A stretch of DNA of 64,000 nucleotides from Candidatus Eiseniibacteriota bacterium (GTDB lineage Bacteria; Eisenbacteria; RBG-16-71-46; SZUA-252), in contig OY969801.1 in the NCBI GenBank assembly GCA_963703225.1, positions 2,624,001-2,688,000 on the forward strand, in the 5' to 3' direction. Positions 1 to 9,342 of the stretch are shown piece after piece. The position numbers and the translations under genes were made by a program. How positions within the stretch are numbered: position 1 is the first letter of the stretch; each line of letters starts with the position of its first letter. The notes beneath the pieces are model-generated. The model saw only the letters and a program-made list of their open reading frames with translations, was not told the DNA's origin and made no database searches.

Positions 1-431
1 CTTACTTCGATCAGTTCGAGGAGAGCCGCGAGCGAAGCCTGGAGTCGTTCCTCAACCCGGTCTCGGCGTTCCTCGTCCCGATCTTCTTCGTCCTGACTGG
101 GATTCGCGTGGAGCTCGCCACGCTCGGGGATCCGCGCATTCTGGGTCTCGCGGCGGTTCTGATCCTGGTCGCGTGGCTCGGCAAGCAAGCCTGCTCGCTC
201 GGAATCCTGGAGCGCGGCGTCGATCGATTGACGGTGGGGCTCGGGATGGTTCCACGCGGGGAGGTGGGGCTCATCTTCGCCAACATCGGGGCCACGCTGA
301 CGATCGGCGGGGAGCGGGTGATCACGTCCGCGACCTACTCCGCGGTCGTGATCATGGTCATCGTGACGACGCTGGTCACCCCGCCCGCGCTTCAGTGGAG
401 CCTGAGCCGGATGAAGAGGCGGCGCGCCTGA
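1..431 (+). CDS. Cation:proton antiporter (CPA2-like), C-terminal part; 5' end outside window
   Basis: Frame open from base 3 (YFDQFEES...FLVPIFFVLTGIRVEL). GLGMVPRGEVGLIFA and VIVTTLVTPP are typical Na+/H+ exchanger motifs. Confidence 0.85.
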   Translation, partial: YFDQFEESRERSLESFLNPVSAFLVPIFFVLTGIRVELATLGDPRILGLAAVLILVAWLGKQACSLGILERGVDRLTVGLGMVPRGEVGLIFANIGATLTIGGERVITSATYSAVVIMVIVTTLVTPPALQWSLSRMKRRRA

Positions 432-437
432 ATCCCT

Positions 438-1337
438 CTACGTAGCCGCGCCCCCGCCCCTCACGGCGTCCCGGACCCGCGACCGGAGCGGCCTCCCCAG
501 CGCTTTCGCGAGTAGATCCGACGCGGCCGAAACCCGCTCGAGGTCGAGCGAGACCGAGGCGCCCGAGCGGCTGAGCGCCCAGCAGAGATCCTCGGTGGCC
601 ACATTCCCCGCCGCTCCCGGGGCGTAGGGACAGCCTCCCACGCCTCCCGCGGAGGCGTCGAAGATCGAGATGCCCCGCTCGTAGGCCGCCAGCGCGTTGG
701 CCACGGCGGTGCCGTAGGTATCGTGGAAGTGCATCGCGATCCGATCCTGGGCGAGCGCGTCGAGGAGAAGATCGAGGAGGGCGTGGACCTCTAGCGGCAC
801 CGCCTTCCCGATCGTGTCGCCGATCGAGATCTCGTCGACGCCCAGGTCGAGGAGGCGCTTCACCACGTCGACGGCCGCCTGGGGCTCGATCTTTCCCTCG
901 TACGGGCACCAGAACGCGGTGGAGACGTAGCCGCGCACGGTGATCCCGGCCGCCTGGGCGCGAGGAACCACCGGGGCGAAGCGCTCGATCGACTCCACGA
1001 TCCCCGCGTTGATGTTCTTCCGGTTGAAAGTCTCCGAGGCGGCGGTGAAGACCGCGATTTTCCCGGCGCGGGCGGCCAACGCCCGCTCGAGGCCCTGCTC
1101 GTTCGGCACCAGGGCGGAATAGAGAACGCCTTCGCGCCTCCTGATCCGCCGAAAGAGATCCTCCGCGTCCGCGAGCTGGGGGATCCACTTGGGCGAGACG
1201 AACGCGCTCACCTCGATCTCGTCGTACCCCGCCTCCGAGAGCGCGTCCACGAAGGCCGCCTTCACCTCGGTGGGGATGATCGCCTTCTCGTTCTGGAGCC
1301 CGTCTCGGGGGCCCACTTCCACGATCCGTACCTTCAC
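438..1337 (-). CDS. liuE: Hydroxymethylglutaryl-CoA lyase
   Basis: EVGPRDGLQNE, HFHDTYG and GGCPYAPGAAGNVATEDL motifs; last gene of the leucine-catabolism cluster. Confidence 0.95.
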   Translation of the reverse strand: MKVRIVEVGPRDGLQNEKAIIPTEVKAAFVDALSEAGYDEIEVSAFVSPKWIPQLADAEDLFRRIRRREGVLYSALVPNEQGLERALAARAGKIAVFTAASETFNRKNINAGIVESIERFAPVVPRAQAAGITVRGYVSTAFWCPYEGKIEPQAAVDVVKRLLDLGVDEISIGDTIGKAVPLEVHALLDLLLDALAQDRIAMHFHDTYGTAVANALAAYERGISIFDASAGGVGGCPYAPGAAGNVATEDLCWALSRSGASVSLDLERVSAASDLLAKALGRPLRSRVRDAVRGGGAAT

Positions 1338-1831
1338 GACGATTCCTTTGGCTTAAGCCGGATCAGGAGTTGCCCCAGCTCGACCCGATCCCCTTCGACG
1401 CAGAGGACCTCCGTCACGGCGCCGTCCTCGGGCGCGGAGAGCTTGAATTCCATCTTCATGGCCTCGATCGTGAGGAGCAGATCTCCCTCGCGCGCGCCCA
1501 TCCCGGGACGCGCCGCGACGGTGACCACCCTCCCGGTCATGGGCGCCCGGATCTCGTCGGTGGAGCGCGCACCCTCCACCGCCGCGGCTTCCCGGTGCGG
1601 CCGCTCCAGGAAGTAAGTCCGCCCTTCGTGCGTCACCCAGACGCCGCGGGGTGTCGCGACCGCCGCGCAGCGGGTGGTGCGCCCGCCTTGCTCGATCTCG
1701 ATCCAATCGCCGTCGCGGTGGACGTTCGCGTCGATTACCTTGCCCTCCCGCGTCCAGACGGCGTGCGGAGATCGGAGGTTGAGCTCCGCTTCGACGGGCT
1801 GGCCCATCCATCGCAGCGAGACGCGGCTCAA
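1334..1831 (-). CDS. Biotin carboxyl carrier subunit (C-terminal part of split MCC alpha)
   Basis: IRAPMTG...EAMKME biotinylation motif. Probable TTG start overlaps the TGA of the upstream gene (TTGA at 1828-1831). Confidence 0.85.
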   Translation of the reverse strand: MSRVSLRWMGQPVEAELNLRSPHAVWTREGKVIDANVHRDGDWIEIEQGGRTTRCAAVATPRGVWVTHEGRTYFLERPHREAAAVEGARSTDEIRAPMTGRVVTVAARPGMGAREGDLLLTIEAMKMEFKLSAPEDGAVTEVLCVEGDRVELGQLLIRLKPKESS

Positions 1832-3354
1832 GCGGCCTCCCCCGCGCGCATCCGCCCCCACCCGCCGAAGAGACGCCAGGGCGAATAGAGGTCGGCGTCC
1901 TCCCGCTCCCCATCCCGGTGACGGCGCGGGGCGAGGAGCGCGACCGCGGCGGCAAGGAGCGCCTCGTCCGGAATCGTGTCCGGCCCGGGCCAGGCGCGCG
2001 ACTCGACGGTGTGGGTAAAGGTCTCGCCCTTCACGAACGCGGAATCCTCGAGCAGGTCGATCAGGAATCCCTGATTCGTCTCGACACCCAGGAGCGCGAG
2101 CTGGCGGAGGGCCGCCACGAGGCGCCGGCGCGCTTCCTCGCGGTCTTTCCCGCGCGCGATCACCTTGGCGAGGAGCGAGTCGTAATGGACGTGGACCGTC
2201 CCGCCCTCGGCGATGCCCGCGTCGACCCGGATGCCCTCCCCGGTGGGCCACTCGAGGAGCAGGATCTTGCCGGTCTGGGGCAGGAAGCCGGCCGCGGCGC
2301 TCTCCGCGTTGAGGCGCGCCTCGATCGCGTGCCCGCGGGGACGCGCCACCGTGGGCACGCGGCCGCCCGCCGCGATCTCGACCTGGGCGCGGACCAGGTC
2401 GAGGCCGAACCGCGCCTCCGTGATCGGGTGCTCCACCTGAAGCCGCGCGTTCACCTCGAGAAAGTAGAACGAGCCGTCGAGCGCGAGGAGGAACTCCACC
2501 GTCCCCGCGCCCGCGTAGCCCGCGTCGCGGGCGAGCGTCACCGCTGCCCGCTCCATCGCCTCCCGCGTCGCCGCGCTCACCGCGGGCGAGGGGGATTCCT
2601 CGATCAGTTTCTGATACCGGCGCTGGAGGCTGCACTCGCGCTCTCCGAGCGCGACGGCTTCCATCCCGTCTCCCAGGATCTGCACCTCGACGTGGCGTGC
2701 CGGATGGACGCGCTTCTCGAGGAAGAGCCGTCCGTCTCCAAACGCCGCCTCGGCCTCGCGGCGCGCGCCGTCGAACGCGGCGGAGAGCTCCTCCGCGTTC
2801 GAGGCAAACCTCATGCCTCGGCCGCCCCCTCCACCCGCCGCCTTGAGCAGCACCGGATAACCGACCCGCTCTGCCTCCGAGCGCGCGCGCTCCGCGGTCT
2901 CCACGCCCTCGACCCCAGGCACGACGGGCACGCCCAGGCGCACCGCGGCCTTTCGCGCCGAGGCCTTGTCGCCCAGGCGCTCCATGCTCTCGGGCGAAGG
3001 CCCGATGAAGACGATTCCGGCGTCCCGGCAGGCGCGCGCGAAAGAGGCGCGTTCGGAGAGGAATCCGTACCCGGGATGGATCGCGTCGGCGCCCACCGTT
3101 CGCGCGGCGTCGAGGATTCGATCCGCGTCCAGATAGCTCTCGGCCGCGGGGGCGGGACCGATCGCGACCCGCTCGTCGGCGGAGCGTGCATGGAGCGCGC
3201 CGCGGTCGGCGTCCGAGGTGACCGCCACCGACGGGATCCCCATCTCGCGGAGGGTCCGGAACACCCGAACCGCGATCTCCCCTCGATTCGCGACCAATAC
3301 CTTACGAAACGGTGCCGCTTTCCGCGCGGCCAGGTCGGCGAGAGCGGGCGTCAC
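1828..3354 (-). CDS. liuD: Biotin carboxylase subunit of 3-methylcrotonyl-CoA carboxylase
   Basis: KVLVANRGEIA, HPGYGFLSE, KAAGGGGGRGMR, ERECSLQRR, FLEVNARLQVEH. GTG start at 3354 inferred. Confidence 0.9.
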   Translation of the reverse strand: MTPALADLAARKAAPFRKVLVANRGEIAVRVFRTLREMGIPSVAVTSDADRGALHARSADERVAIGPAPAAESYLDADRILDAARTVGADAIHPGYGFLSERASFARACRDAGIVFIGPSPESMERLGDKASARKAAVRLGVPVVPGVEGVETAERARSEAERVGYPVLLKAAGGGGGRGMRFASNAEELSAAFDGARREAEAAFGDGRLFLEKRVHPARHVEVQILGDGMEAVALGERECSLQRRYQKLIEESPSPAVSAATREAMERAAVTLARDAGYAGAGTVEFLLALDGSFYFLEVNARLQVEHPITEARFGLDLVRAQVEIAAGGRVPTVARPRGHAIEARLNAESAAAGFLPQTGKILLLEWPTGEGIRVDAGIAEGGTVHVHYDSLLAKVIARGKDREEARRRLVAALRQLALLGVETNQGFLIDLLEDSAFVKGETFTHTVESRAWPGPDTIPDEALLAAAVALLAPRRHRDGEREDADLYSPWRLFGGWGRMRAGEAA

Positions 3355-3370
3355 GGACGAGGCCCTTGGG

Positions 3371-4174
3371 TCACCGCTTCCAAGCGGGGCGTCGCTTCTC
3401 GAGGAAGGCGCCGAGGCCTTCTTGCCCTTCGGGAGAGGCGCGGAGCCCAGCGATCGCGCGGACCGCGTTCGCGATCGCCTCCTCGCGTCGAAGCGCAAGG
3501 CCGTCCCGGATCAGTCCCTTGGCGGCCGCCACCGCGCGGGGCCCGTTCCCGGCGATCGCGTCGGCGACGCGCGTGACGGCTGGATCGAGCCCGTCGGGCG
3601 CGACCACCTCGTGGACCAAGCCGATCGCCTTCGCCTCGGCCGCCTTGAACATCTCGCCCGTCAGAAAGTATCGCCGCGCGGCCGACGCGCCGATCTTGGG
3701 GAGGACAAACGCGGAAATGACCGCGGGTGCGATTCCGAGGCGCACCTCGGTAAACCCGAAGTCGGCGCCCTCCGCCGCGACCACCACGTCGCAACAGGCG
3801 ATCAAGCCCATTCCGCCGCCCAGGCAGGCGCCGTTGACGCGTGCGATGGTCGGAATCGGAAGCTCGTCCAGCGCGCGGAGCATCGCGGCAAAGCGACCGG
3901 CGTCCGCCTCGTTCTCCTCCCGCGAGAAGCCCACGCTTCGGCGCATCCAGTTCATGTCGGCGCCCGCGCAGAAGGCCGCGCCATCGCCGGTCACGACCAG
4001 CGCGCGCGGGGCGCGCTCCGGTGCGGCGTCGAACCCTCGAGCCACCTCGCCGAGCGCCTGGGTGACCTCCGCGATCAGTCCCTCGTCGAACGCGTTTCGA
4101 ACTTCCGGGCGGGCCAGCGTGAGCCGGGCGATCGGGGCGCCGGTCTCGAAGCGAAGGCGGGTGTAGGGACTCAT
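3371..4174 (-). CDS. liuC: Enoyl-CoA hydratase family, probable methylglutaconyl-CoA hydratase
   Basis: RPEVRNAFD, FCAGADMNWM, FTEVRLGIAPAVIS; position within the liu cluster. Confidence 0.9.
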   Translation of the reverse strand: MSPYTRLRFETGAPIARLTLARPEVRNAFDEGLIAEVTQALGEVARGFDAAPERAPRALVVTGDGAAFCAGADMNWMRRSVGFSREENEADAGRFAAMLRALDELPIPTIARVNGACLGGGMGLIACCDVVVAAEGADFGFTEVRLGIAPAVISAFVLPKIGASAARRYFLTGEMFKAAEAKAIGLVHEVVAPDGLDPAVTRVADAIAGNGPRAVAAAKGLIRDGLALRREEAIANAVRAIAGLRASPEGQEGLGAFLEKRRPAWKR

Positions 4175-4207
4175 CGAAGGCGATCGGAGCGCGCGATGCC
4201 CACCGCG

Positions 4208-5815
4208 CTACATCCGGTAGACGGGCGCCGGCCCGCGGGTGACCGGAGCGTTGAGCGTCGCCGAGAGCGCCAGCGCGATCGCCGCGCGGGTGTCGGCCGG
4301 ATCGATGACGCCGTCGTCCCAAAGGTGCGCGGTCGCGAAGTAGGGACTCCCCTCCCGCTCGTACTTCTCGAGAACCGGGTCCGCGATCGCGGCCGCATCC
4401 GCGTGGGACAGCGTCTTCTTTTCGCGCGCCAGCTGGTCCCGCTTGACCTGCACCAGGACCGACGCCGCCTGCTCGGCGCCCATCACCGAGATCCGGGAAT
4501 TGGGCCACGCGAAGAGAAAGCGGGGACGGTACCCGCGGCCGCACATGGCGTAGTTCCCCGCCCCGTGTGAGGCGCCGATCAAAACCGTCAGGCGGGGCAC
4601 CTCCGCGGTCGCCACGGCCTGGACCATCTTCGCGCCGTCCTTGGCGATCCCGCCCTCCTCGTAGCGCTTCCCGACCATGAACCCGGTGATGTTCTGGAGA
4701 AAGATCAACGGGATGCGCCGCTGCGCGCAGAGCTCCACGAAGTGGGCGCCCTTGAGCGCGCTTTCCGAGAAGAGGACGCCGTTGTTCGCGACGATTCCAA
4801 CCGGGTATCCCGCCCAGCGCGCGAACCCGGTGACCAGCGTGGTGCCGTAGTTTGCCTTGAATTCGTGAAGCCGGCTTCCATCCACCAAGCGGGCCAGAAG
4901 CTCGTGCACGTCGTAGGGCTGCTTCGTATCGGGTGGCAGCACGCCGTAGATCTCATCGGGCGGGTAAAGCGGATCGGCGGGCTCGGCGACGTCGAGGTCG
5001 ATGCGCTTGACGGTCCCCAGCCGTTCCACAATGTCGCGGACGATTTGGAGCGCCTCTTCCTCGCTCGCCGCCATGTGATCGGTCACGCCGCTCACCCGCG
5101 AGTGGACCTCCGCGCCGCCCAGCTCTTCGGGCGACACCTCCTCGCCGGTCGCCGCCTTCACCAGGGGCGGCCCGCCGAGATAGATCGTCCCCGTGCCGCG
5201 CACGATCACGTTCTCGTCCGACATCGCAGGGACGTAGGCGCCGCCCGCGGTGCACATGCCGAGCACGGCGGCGACTTGCGGAATCGCCTGGGCGGACATG
5301 ATCGCCTGGTTGTAGAAAATGCGGCCGAAATGCTCCTTGTCGGGGAACACCTCGGCCTGCATCGGCAGGAAGACCCCGCCCGAATCGACCAGATAGACCG
5401 CCGGCATTCGATTCTCGAGCGCGATCTCTTGCGCCCGGATGTGCTTCTTGATCGTGACGGGGTAGTAGGTGCCGCCCTTGACCGTGGCGTCGTTCGCCAC
5501 GACCACGCACTCGCGCCCCGAGATCACGCCCACGCCGGTGACGATGCCCGAAGAGGGAACCTCATTGTCGTAGAGGCCGCCGCCGGCCAGTGCCGAAAGC
5601 TCGAGGAACGGGGTGTCGGGGTCCAGTAGGCGCTCGATCCGCTCGCGAGGCAGGAGCTTGCCCCGGCTCCGATGGAGCGCGACCGCCTGATCGGAGCCCC
5701 CCCGACGGACCGCGTCCAGGCGGCGCTTCAGGTCCTGGGCGAGGCCCTCGTGGTGCTTCCGATTGGCCTGAAATTCAGGGCTCTGCGTCTTCAGACGGCT
5801 CTTGAGGACGCTCAT
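4208..5815 (-). CDS. liuB: 3-methylcrotonyl-CoA carboxylase beta (carboxyltransferase) subunit
   Basis: [44 protein letters not shown]. Confidence 0.95.
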   Translation of the reverse strand: MSVLKSRLKTQSPEFQANRKHHEGLAQDLKRRLDAVRRGGSDQAVALHRSRGKLLPRERIERLLDPDTPFLELSALAGGGLYDNEVPSSGIVTGVGVISGRECVVVANDATVKGGTYYPVTIKKHIRAQEIALENRMPAVYLVDSGGVFLPMQAEVFPDKEHFGRIFYNQAIMSAQAIPQVAAVLGMCTAGGAYVPAMSDENVIVRGTGTIYLGGPPLVKAATGEEVSPEELGGAEVHSRVSGVTDHMAASEEEALQIVRDIVERLGTVKRIDLDVAEPADPLYPPDEIYGVLPPDTKQPYDVHELLARLVDGSRLHEFKANYGTTLVTGFARWAGYPVGIVANNGVLFSESALKGAHFVELCAQRRIPLIFLQNITGFMVGKRYEEGGIAKDGAKMVQAVATAEVPRLTVLIGASHGAGNYAMCGRGYRPRFLFAWPNSRISVMGAEQAASVLVQVKRDQLAREKKTLSHADAAAIADPVLEKYEREGSPYFATAHLWDDGVIDPADTRAAIALALSATLNAPVTRGPAPVYRM

Positions 5816-5878
5816 GGAGGGATCACTCTAACCTCCCGAGCCACAAAGGGAAAGCGGAGAAGATCGGGCCGAATCCGG

Positions 5879-5907
5879 CTCGAGATCGCGCCCGATTCCG
5901 CCGATAA
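5879..5907 (+). promoter_or_regulatory. Possible sigma28-type promoter upstream of the pseudo-kinase
   Basis: CTCGAG-N15-GCCGATAA; the -10 matches the FliA/SigD consensus exactly, the -35 is weak. Confidence 0.35.
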
Positions 5908-5946
5908 GACGAGTGACGGAAACTCCCTCTACCAGGAAGCGGTGCC

Positions 5947-7539
5947 ATGTCCGGCAATCAGATTCACTTCAATCAAGCTCAATACGACCGCAAGACCTGG
6001 TGGCTCCTGGGTCTCGCGATTCTGATCATCGTTGGCTTCTGCGTCACCATCCCGTCGCTCTACGTCGCGCTCGCGCGCTCCGGCTTCCTGGGAGACGCCC
6101 TCCCACCCACGGCGGGGCCCCTGTTGATCGGCCTCATCGGCCTTTCCGCCATCTACTGCCTGCTCATGATCCGGCAGCAGTCCCAGATCAACCGGATCCG
6201 ACGGAACATGCTCCTCGACCAGATGGAGCTGGAGCAGGCCCGCGGGCGGCTGGCGGAGCTGACCTCCCTCTTCCAGCTCGGGAATTCGCTCCACATGGAT
6301 CTCCCGCTGGAGACGATCTTGGAAATCACCGTGCGGCGTCTGGCGAGCACGCTCCATTCCCACGACGTCTCTCTCTTTCTCTGCGATCCCTCGTCGCGCA
6401 AGCTCACGTGCAAGGCGACGTTCGGCCTGACCGCGCGCGGACCCGAGCCCGACGTGGCGATCAACGAGGGGGCGATCGGGTGGGTGGCGCGGCACAGCGA
6501 GCCCATCCTCATGCGGGTCACCGACAAGGAGGCTCGCTTCGCCAAGTTCTTCGCGGCTCACCCCGACGCGGGCTCCGTCCTGGTGCTCCCCGTAAGCGTC
6601 GATAGGCGCTGCGTCGCGGTACTTCAAGTATGCCGCGCGCAGAAGGCCGATCCGTTCCGCCTCGAGCACCGGGACATTGGTCAGCTCTTCGCCGACAACG
6701 TCGCCGCGGTCATCGACCGAGCGCAGGCGATGGTGCGGATCCGACAGACTGCCGCCGCAGCCGAGGTCTCCCCGCAAGTCTACGAGAGCGCGATGGGCTC
6801 GTTTCGCGACGTGTTTCTCTCGACCGCCGCCGCCGAGCTGAAGGCACCCCTCTCGACCATCGTGGCCTACTCCGAGGTCTTGGATCAGAACGATGGAAAG
6901 ATGACCCCGGCAACGCGGCAGGAGATCTCGGATCGTCTGAGGGCTGAGGCCCAGCGGACGATGGCGATCATCGACGACGTCCTCGATCTCGTCCGCCTCG
7001 AGCTGGGGCGATATCTGCTCGACCTGCACGTGGGGAACGTGAACGAGATCGCGAAGACCGCCCTCGAGCTGGCCAAGCCGATGGCCGTCGCCCGGGGGAT
7101 CAACATCGACGCCGACCTCGATCCGTCCATCCCGGACCAGCACCTCGACCCTGCCAAGCTGCACCAGTCGATCCTCCATCTGCTGCGCAACGCGATCCGC
7201 CTCTCGCCCGCCAAGGGAAGAGTGCGGCTCGCCACCTCGCTCGACGAAACGGGGGTCCGCGTCGAGGTCCAGGACTCGGGACCGGCCGTCCCGACCGAAG
7301 GCTCGCAGAGCGTTTTCGACCTCGAGCGAATCGGAGAGCAGGAGGGAAAGCGTTGCGCGGAAGGCATGGGATTCGGCCTTCACCTGGCGCGGCGCTTCGT
7401 GGAGCTCCACGGCGGGCGGGTCGGGGCCGACCCCGCGCCCGAGGGGGGCGCGGTCTTCTGGTTCCTTCTGCCTCGGGGCGAGGATTTCGCGAGCCTGATC
7501 GGGAAGGACCCGTTCGTCGAGGACTTGGCGAACCAGTAG
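5947..7539 (+). CDS. Membrane GAF-domain histidine-kinase-like protein with degenerate H-box (pseudo-kinase candidate)
   Basis: Two N-terminal TM helices, GAF, HisKA-like FLSTAAAELKAPL (His absent), HATPase-like LLRNAIR / QDSGPAV / GMGFGL. Confidence 0.8.
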   Translation: MSGNQIHFNQAQYDRKTWWLLGLAILIIVGFCVTIPSLYVALARSGFLGDALPPTAGPLLIGLIGLSAIYCLLMIRQQSQINRIRRNMLLDQMELEQARGRLAELTSLFQLGNSLHMDLPLETILEITVRRLASTLHSHDVSLFLCDPSSRKLTCKATFGLTARGPEPDVAINEGAIGWVARHSEPILMRVTDKEARFAKFFAAHPDAGSVLVLPVSVDRRCVAVLQVCRAQKADPFRLEHRDIGQLFADNVAAVIDRAQAMVRIRQTAAAAEVSPQVYESAMGSFRDVFLSTAAAELKAPLSTIVAYSEVLDQNDGKMTPATRQEISDRLRAEAQRTMAIIDDVLDLVRLELGRYLLDLHVGNVNEIAKTALELAKPMAVARGINIDADLDPSIPDQHLDPAKLHQSILHLLRNAIRLSPAKGRVRLATSLDETGVRVEVQDSGPAVPTEGSQSVFDLERIGEQEGKRCAEGMGFGLHLARRFVELHGGRVGADPAPEGGAVFWFLLPRGEDFASLIGKDPFVEDLANQ

Positions 7540-7550
7540 AGCGACGAACG

Positions 7551-8663
7551 CTAGGCCGGGCCGGCGCCCCGGGCGCGGGCTCCCCCGAGCGCCGCCTGAA
7601 CCATCGCCAGCTCCCCGACGTTTTCCAAGGTCACCATCCCCACCACCGAGCCGTCCGACTCCACGACGGGCACGGCGGGGCACCCTCCCTCCTGCATGCG
7701 GCGAAAGACATCCTCCAGCATCTCCCGAGGATGCGCCGCGCCGCACGTGCGACGCGCCACCTCGTCGACGCGGCGGTCGGTCCGGCCGCTCGCGAGTGCC
7801 GTCAAGAGATCCGCCCGGGTCAAGATCCCGATCGGCGGATCGCTGCCCGCCGATCCGAGCACGGGAAAGTCCTGCTGGTGTCCGTTCAGGAGAAGCTCCA
7901 CGGCGCGAGAGAGCGGCTCATCGCCGCGCAGCATCTTGAAGTCCCGGATCATCGCGCGCGAGACCGGGACCCCTGCGAACGCGGAGCGCATCTGGACGGC
8001 CGCGGCCTCCTGGCCCGCGCCGACGAAGACGAAGAGTGCGATGAAGAGGAGGATCGGGTTTCCGAAGAGTCCCAGAAGTCCAAAGAGGAGCGCGATCCCC
8101 TGTCCGACGTTCGCCGCGATCTGCGTGGCGCGCATGTAGTCGAGGCGCGTGGCCAGGAGGGCTCGCAGCACGCGGCCCCCGTCCATCGGAAAGGCCGGGA
8201 TCAGATTGAAGACCGCGAGGAAGACGTTGTAGGCGAGGAGCCGGGCGAAGAAGCTCGCTTGAAGCGCGGTCGGGTCTTGCAGCACGCCGAGCCCGCCGCT
8301 TCCCGCGAACGCGGCGAGGAGGACGCCCGCGATCGCGACGTTGACGGCCGGGCCGGCGAGCGCGACCGCGATCTCCTGCGCCGGTTTCTCTGGAATTCGC
8401 TCCAGCCGCGCCACGCCCCCGATCGGGAGCAGGGTGATGTCGCGCGTGCGGACGCCGTAGCGGCGCGCGGTCACCGCGTGCCCCAGCTCGTGGAGCACCA
8501 CGCAGCCGAAGAGGGCCAGGAAGAAGCCCACCGTCTCGGCCGCCTTCGCGGGGCTCTGCCCTTTCGCCAGCGCGAGAAAGACGAAGACGAGAAAGAGAAC
8601 GAAGGTCGCGTGGACCCGAATGGGTATCCCGGCGACCTTCGCGATCTGCCAGGACCAACGCAT
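7551..8663 (-). CDS. Site-2 protease (M50) with tandem CBS domains
   Basis: HELGH and NLIPAFPMDGGR motifs; C-terminal CBS pair. Confidence 0.93.
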   Translation of the reverse strand: MRWSWQIAKVAGIPIRVHATFVLFLVFVFLALAKGQSPAKAAETVGFFLALFGCVVLHELGHAVTARRYGVRTRDITLLPIGGVARLERIPEKPAQEIAVALAGPAVNVAIAGVLLAAFAGSGGLGVLQDPTALQASFFARLLAYNVFLAVFNLIPAFPMDGGRVLRALLATRLDYMRATQIAANVGQGIALLFGLLGLFGNPILLFIALFVFVGAGQEAAAVQMRSAFAGVPVSRAMIRDFKMLRGDEPLSRAVELLLNGHQQDFPVLGSAGSDPPIGILTRADLLTALASGRTDRRVDEVARRTCGAAHPREMLEDVFRRMQEGGCPAVPVVESDGSVVGMVTLENVGELAMVQAALGGARARGAGPA

Positions 8664-8688
8664 GCGGACCCGGGTCCCTTACGACACG

Positions 8689-9342
8689 CTACGAGGCGGT
8701 GCCGGGCTTGATGACGATCGTGACCGGACCGTCCAGCGTGACCTTGATCTTCTGCCCCGCCGGCAGCACGATCTGATCGCCCTTCGTCGCGACGGCCACG
8801 CCCGTGCCCGCGGCGGCGCCGGCCGCCGCGCCCTTGCCGACGTCATGCGACCCGCCCAGGATTCCCCCGATGATCCCGCCGGCGACGGCGCCGCCGCCGA
8901 TCTCCATCGCGCTCTCCTTGGCGTCGCCCTTTCCCTTCATGCGAAGCGGTGCCGCGGAGATCGAGTAGCTCTTTCCGTCAGGAACCACCAGCTCGATGAA
9001 GCGAAGCGTAAGCTCCGCCCCGCCCGCGACCCGTCCCGCCGGATCGACGTGGGTCACTTCGCCGTTGATCGTGGATCCCGCCGGCACGACGACCGTCTCG
9101 TTGACCCGCACTTCCTCTTGCGTGCGCAGGGCCACCTTGTCGCCGACCTTGCTCTTGCCGGTGTCGATCGTGCTCTGAAGCTGGCCGACGAGGTGGGTCC
9201 CGGCGACCAGCGTCTCCGACTTCTCCTTCTCGGCTACCGCCTGTTGCTGCTGACCGCAGCCCGCACCCCAGAGGGCGACGGCCGCGAGCGCGCCGAGAAG
9301 AACGGCCCGGTGGGGCCAAGACGCTGCGATTCGATGCCTCAT
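8689..9342 (-). CDS. Hypothetical lipoprotein with glycine-zipper region
   Basis: Lipobox GAGC; GGGAVAGGIIGGILGG...GAAAGAAAG; ATGA overlap with the upstream S9 gene. Confidence 0.75.
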   Translation of the reverse strand: MRHRIAASWPHRAVLLGALAAVALWGAGCGQQQQAVAEKEKSETLVAGTHLVGQLQSTIDTGKSKVGDKVALRTQEEVRVNETVVVPAGSTINGEVTHVDPAGRVAGGAELTLRFIELVVPDGKSYSISAAPLRMKGKGDAKESAMEIGGGAVAGGIIGGILGGSHDVGKGAAAGAAAGTGVAVATKGDQIVLPAGQKIKVTLDGPVTIVIKPGTAS

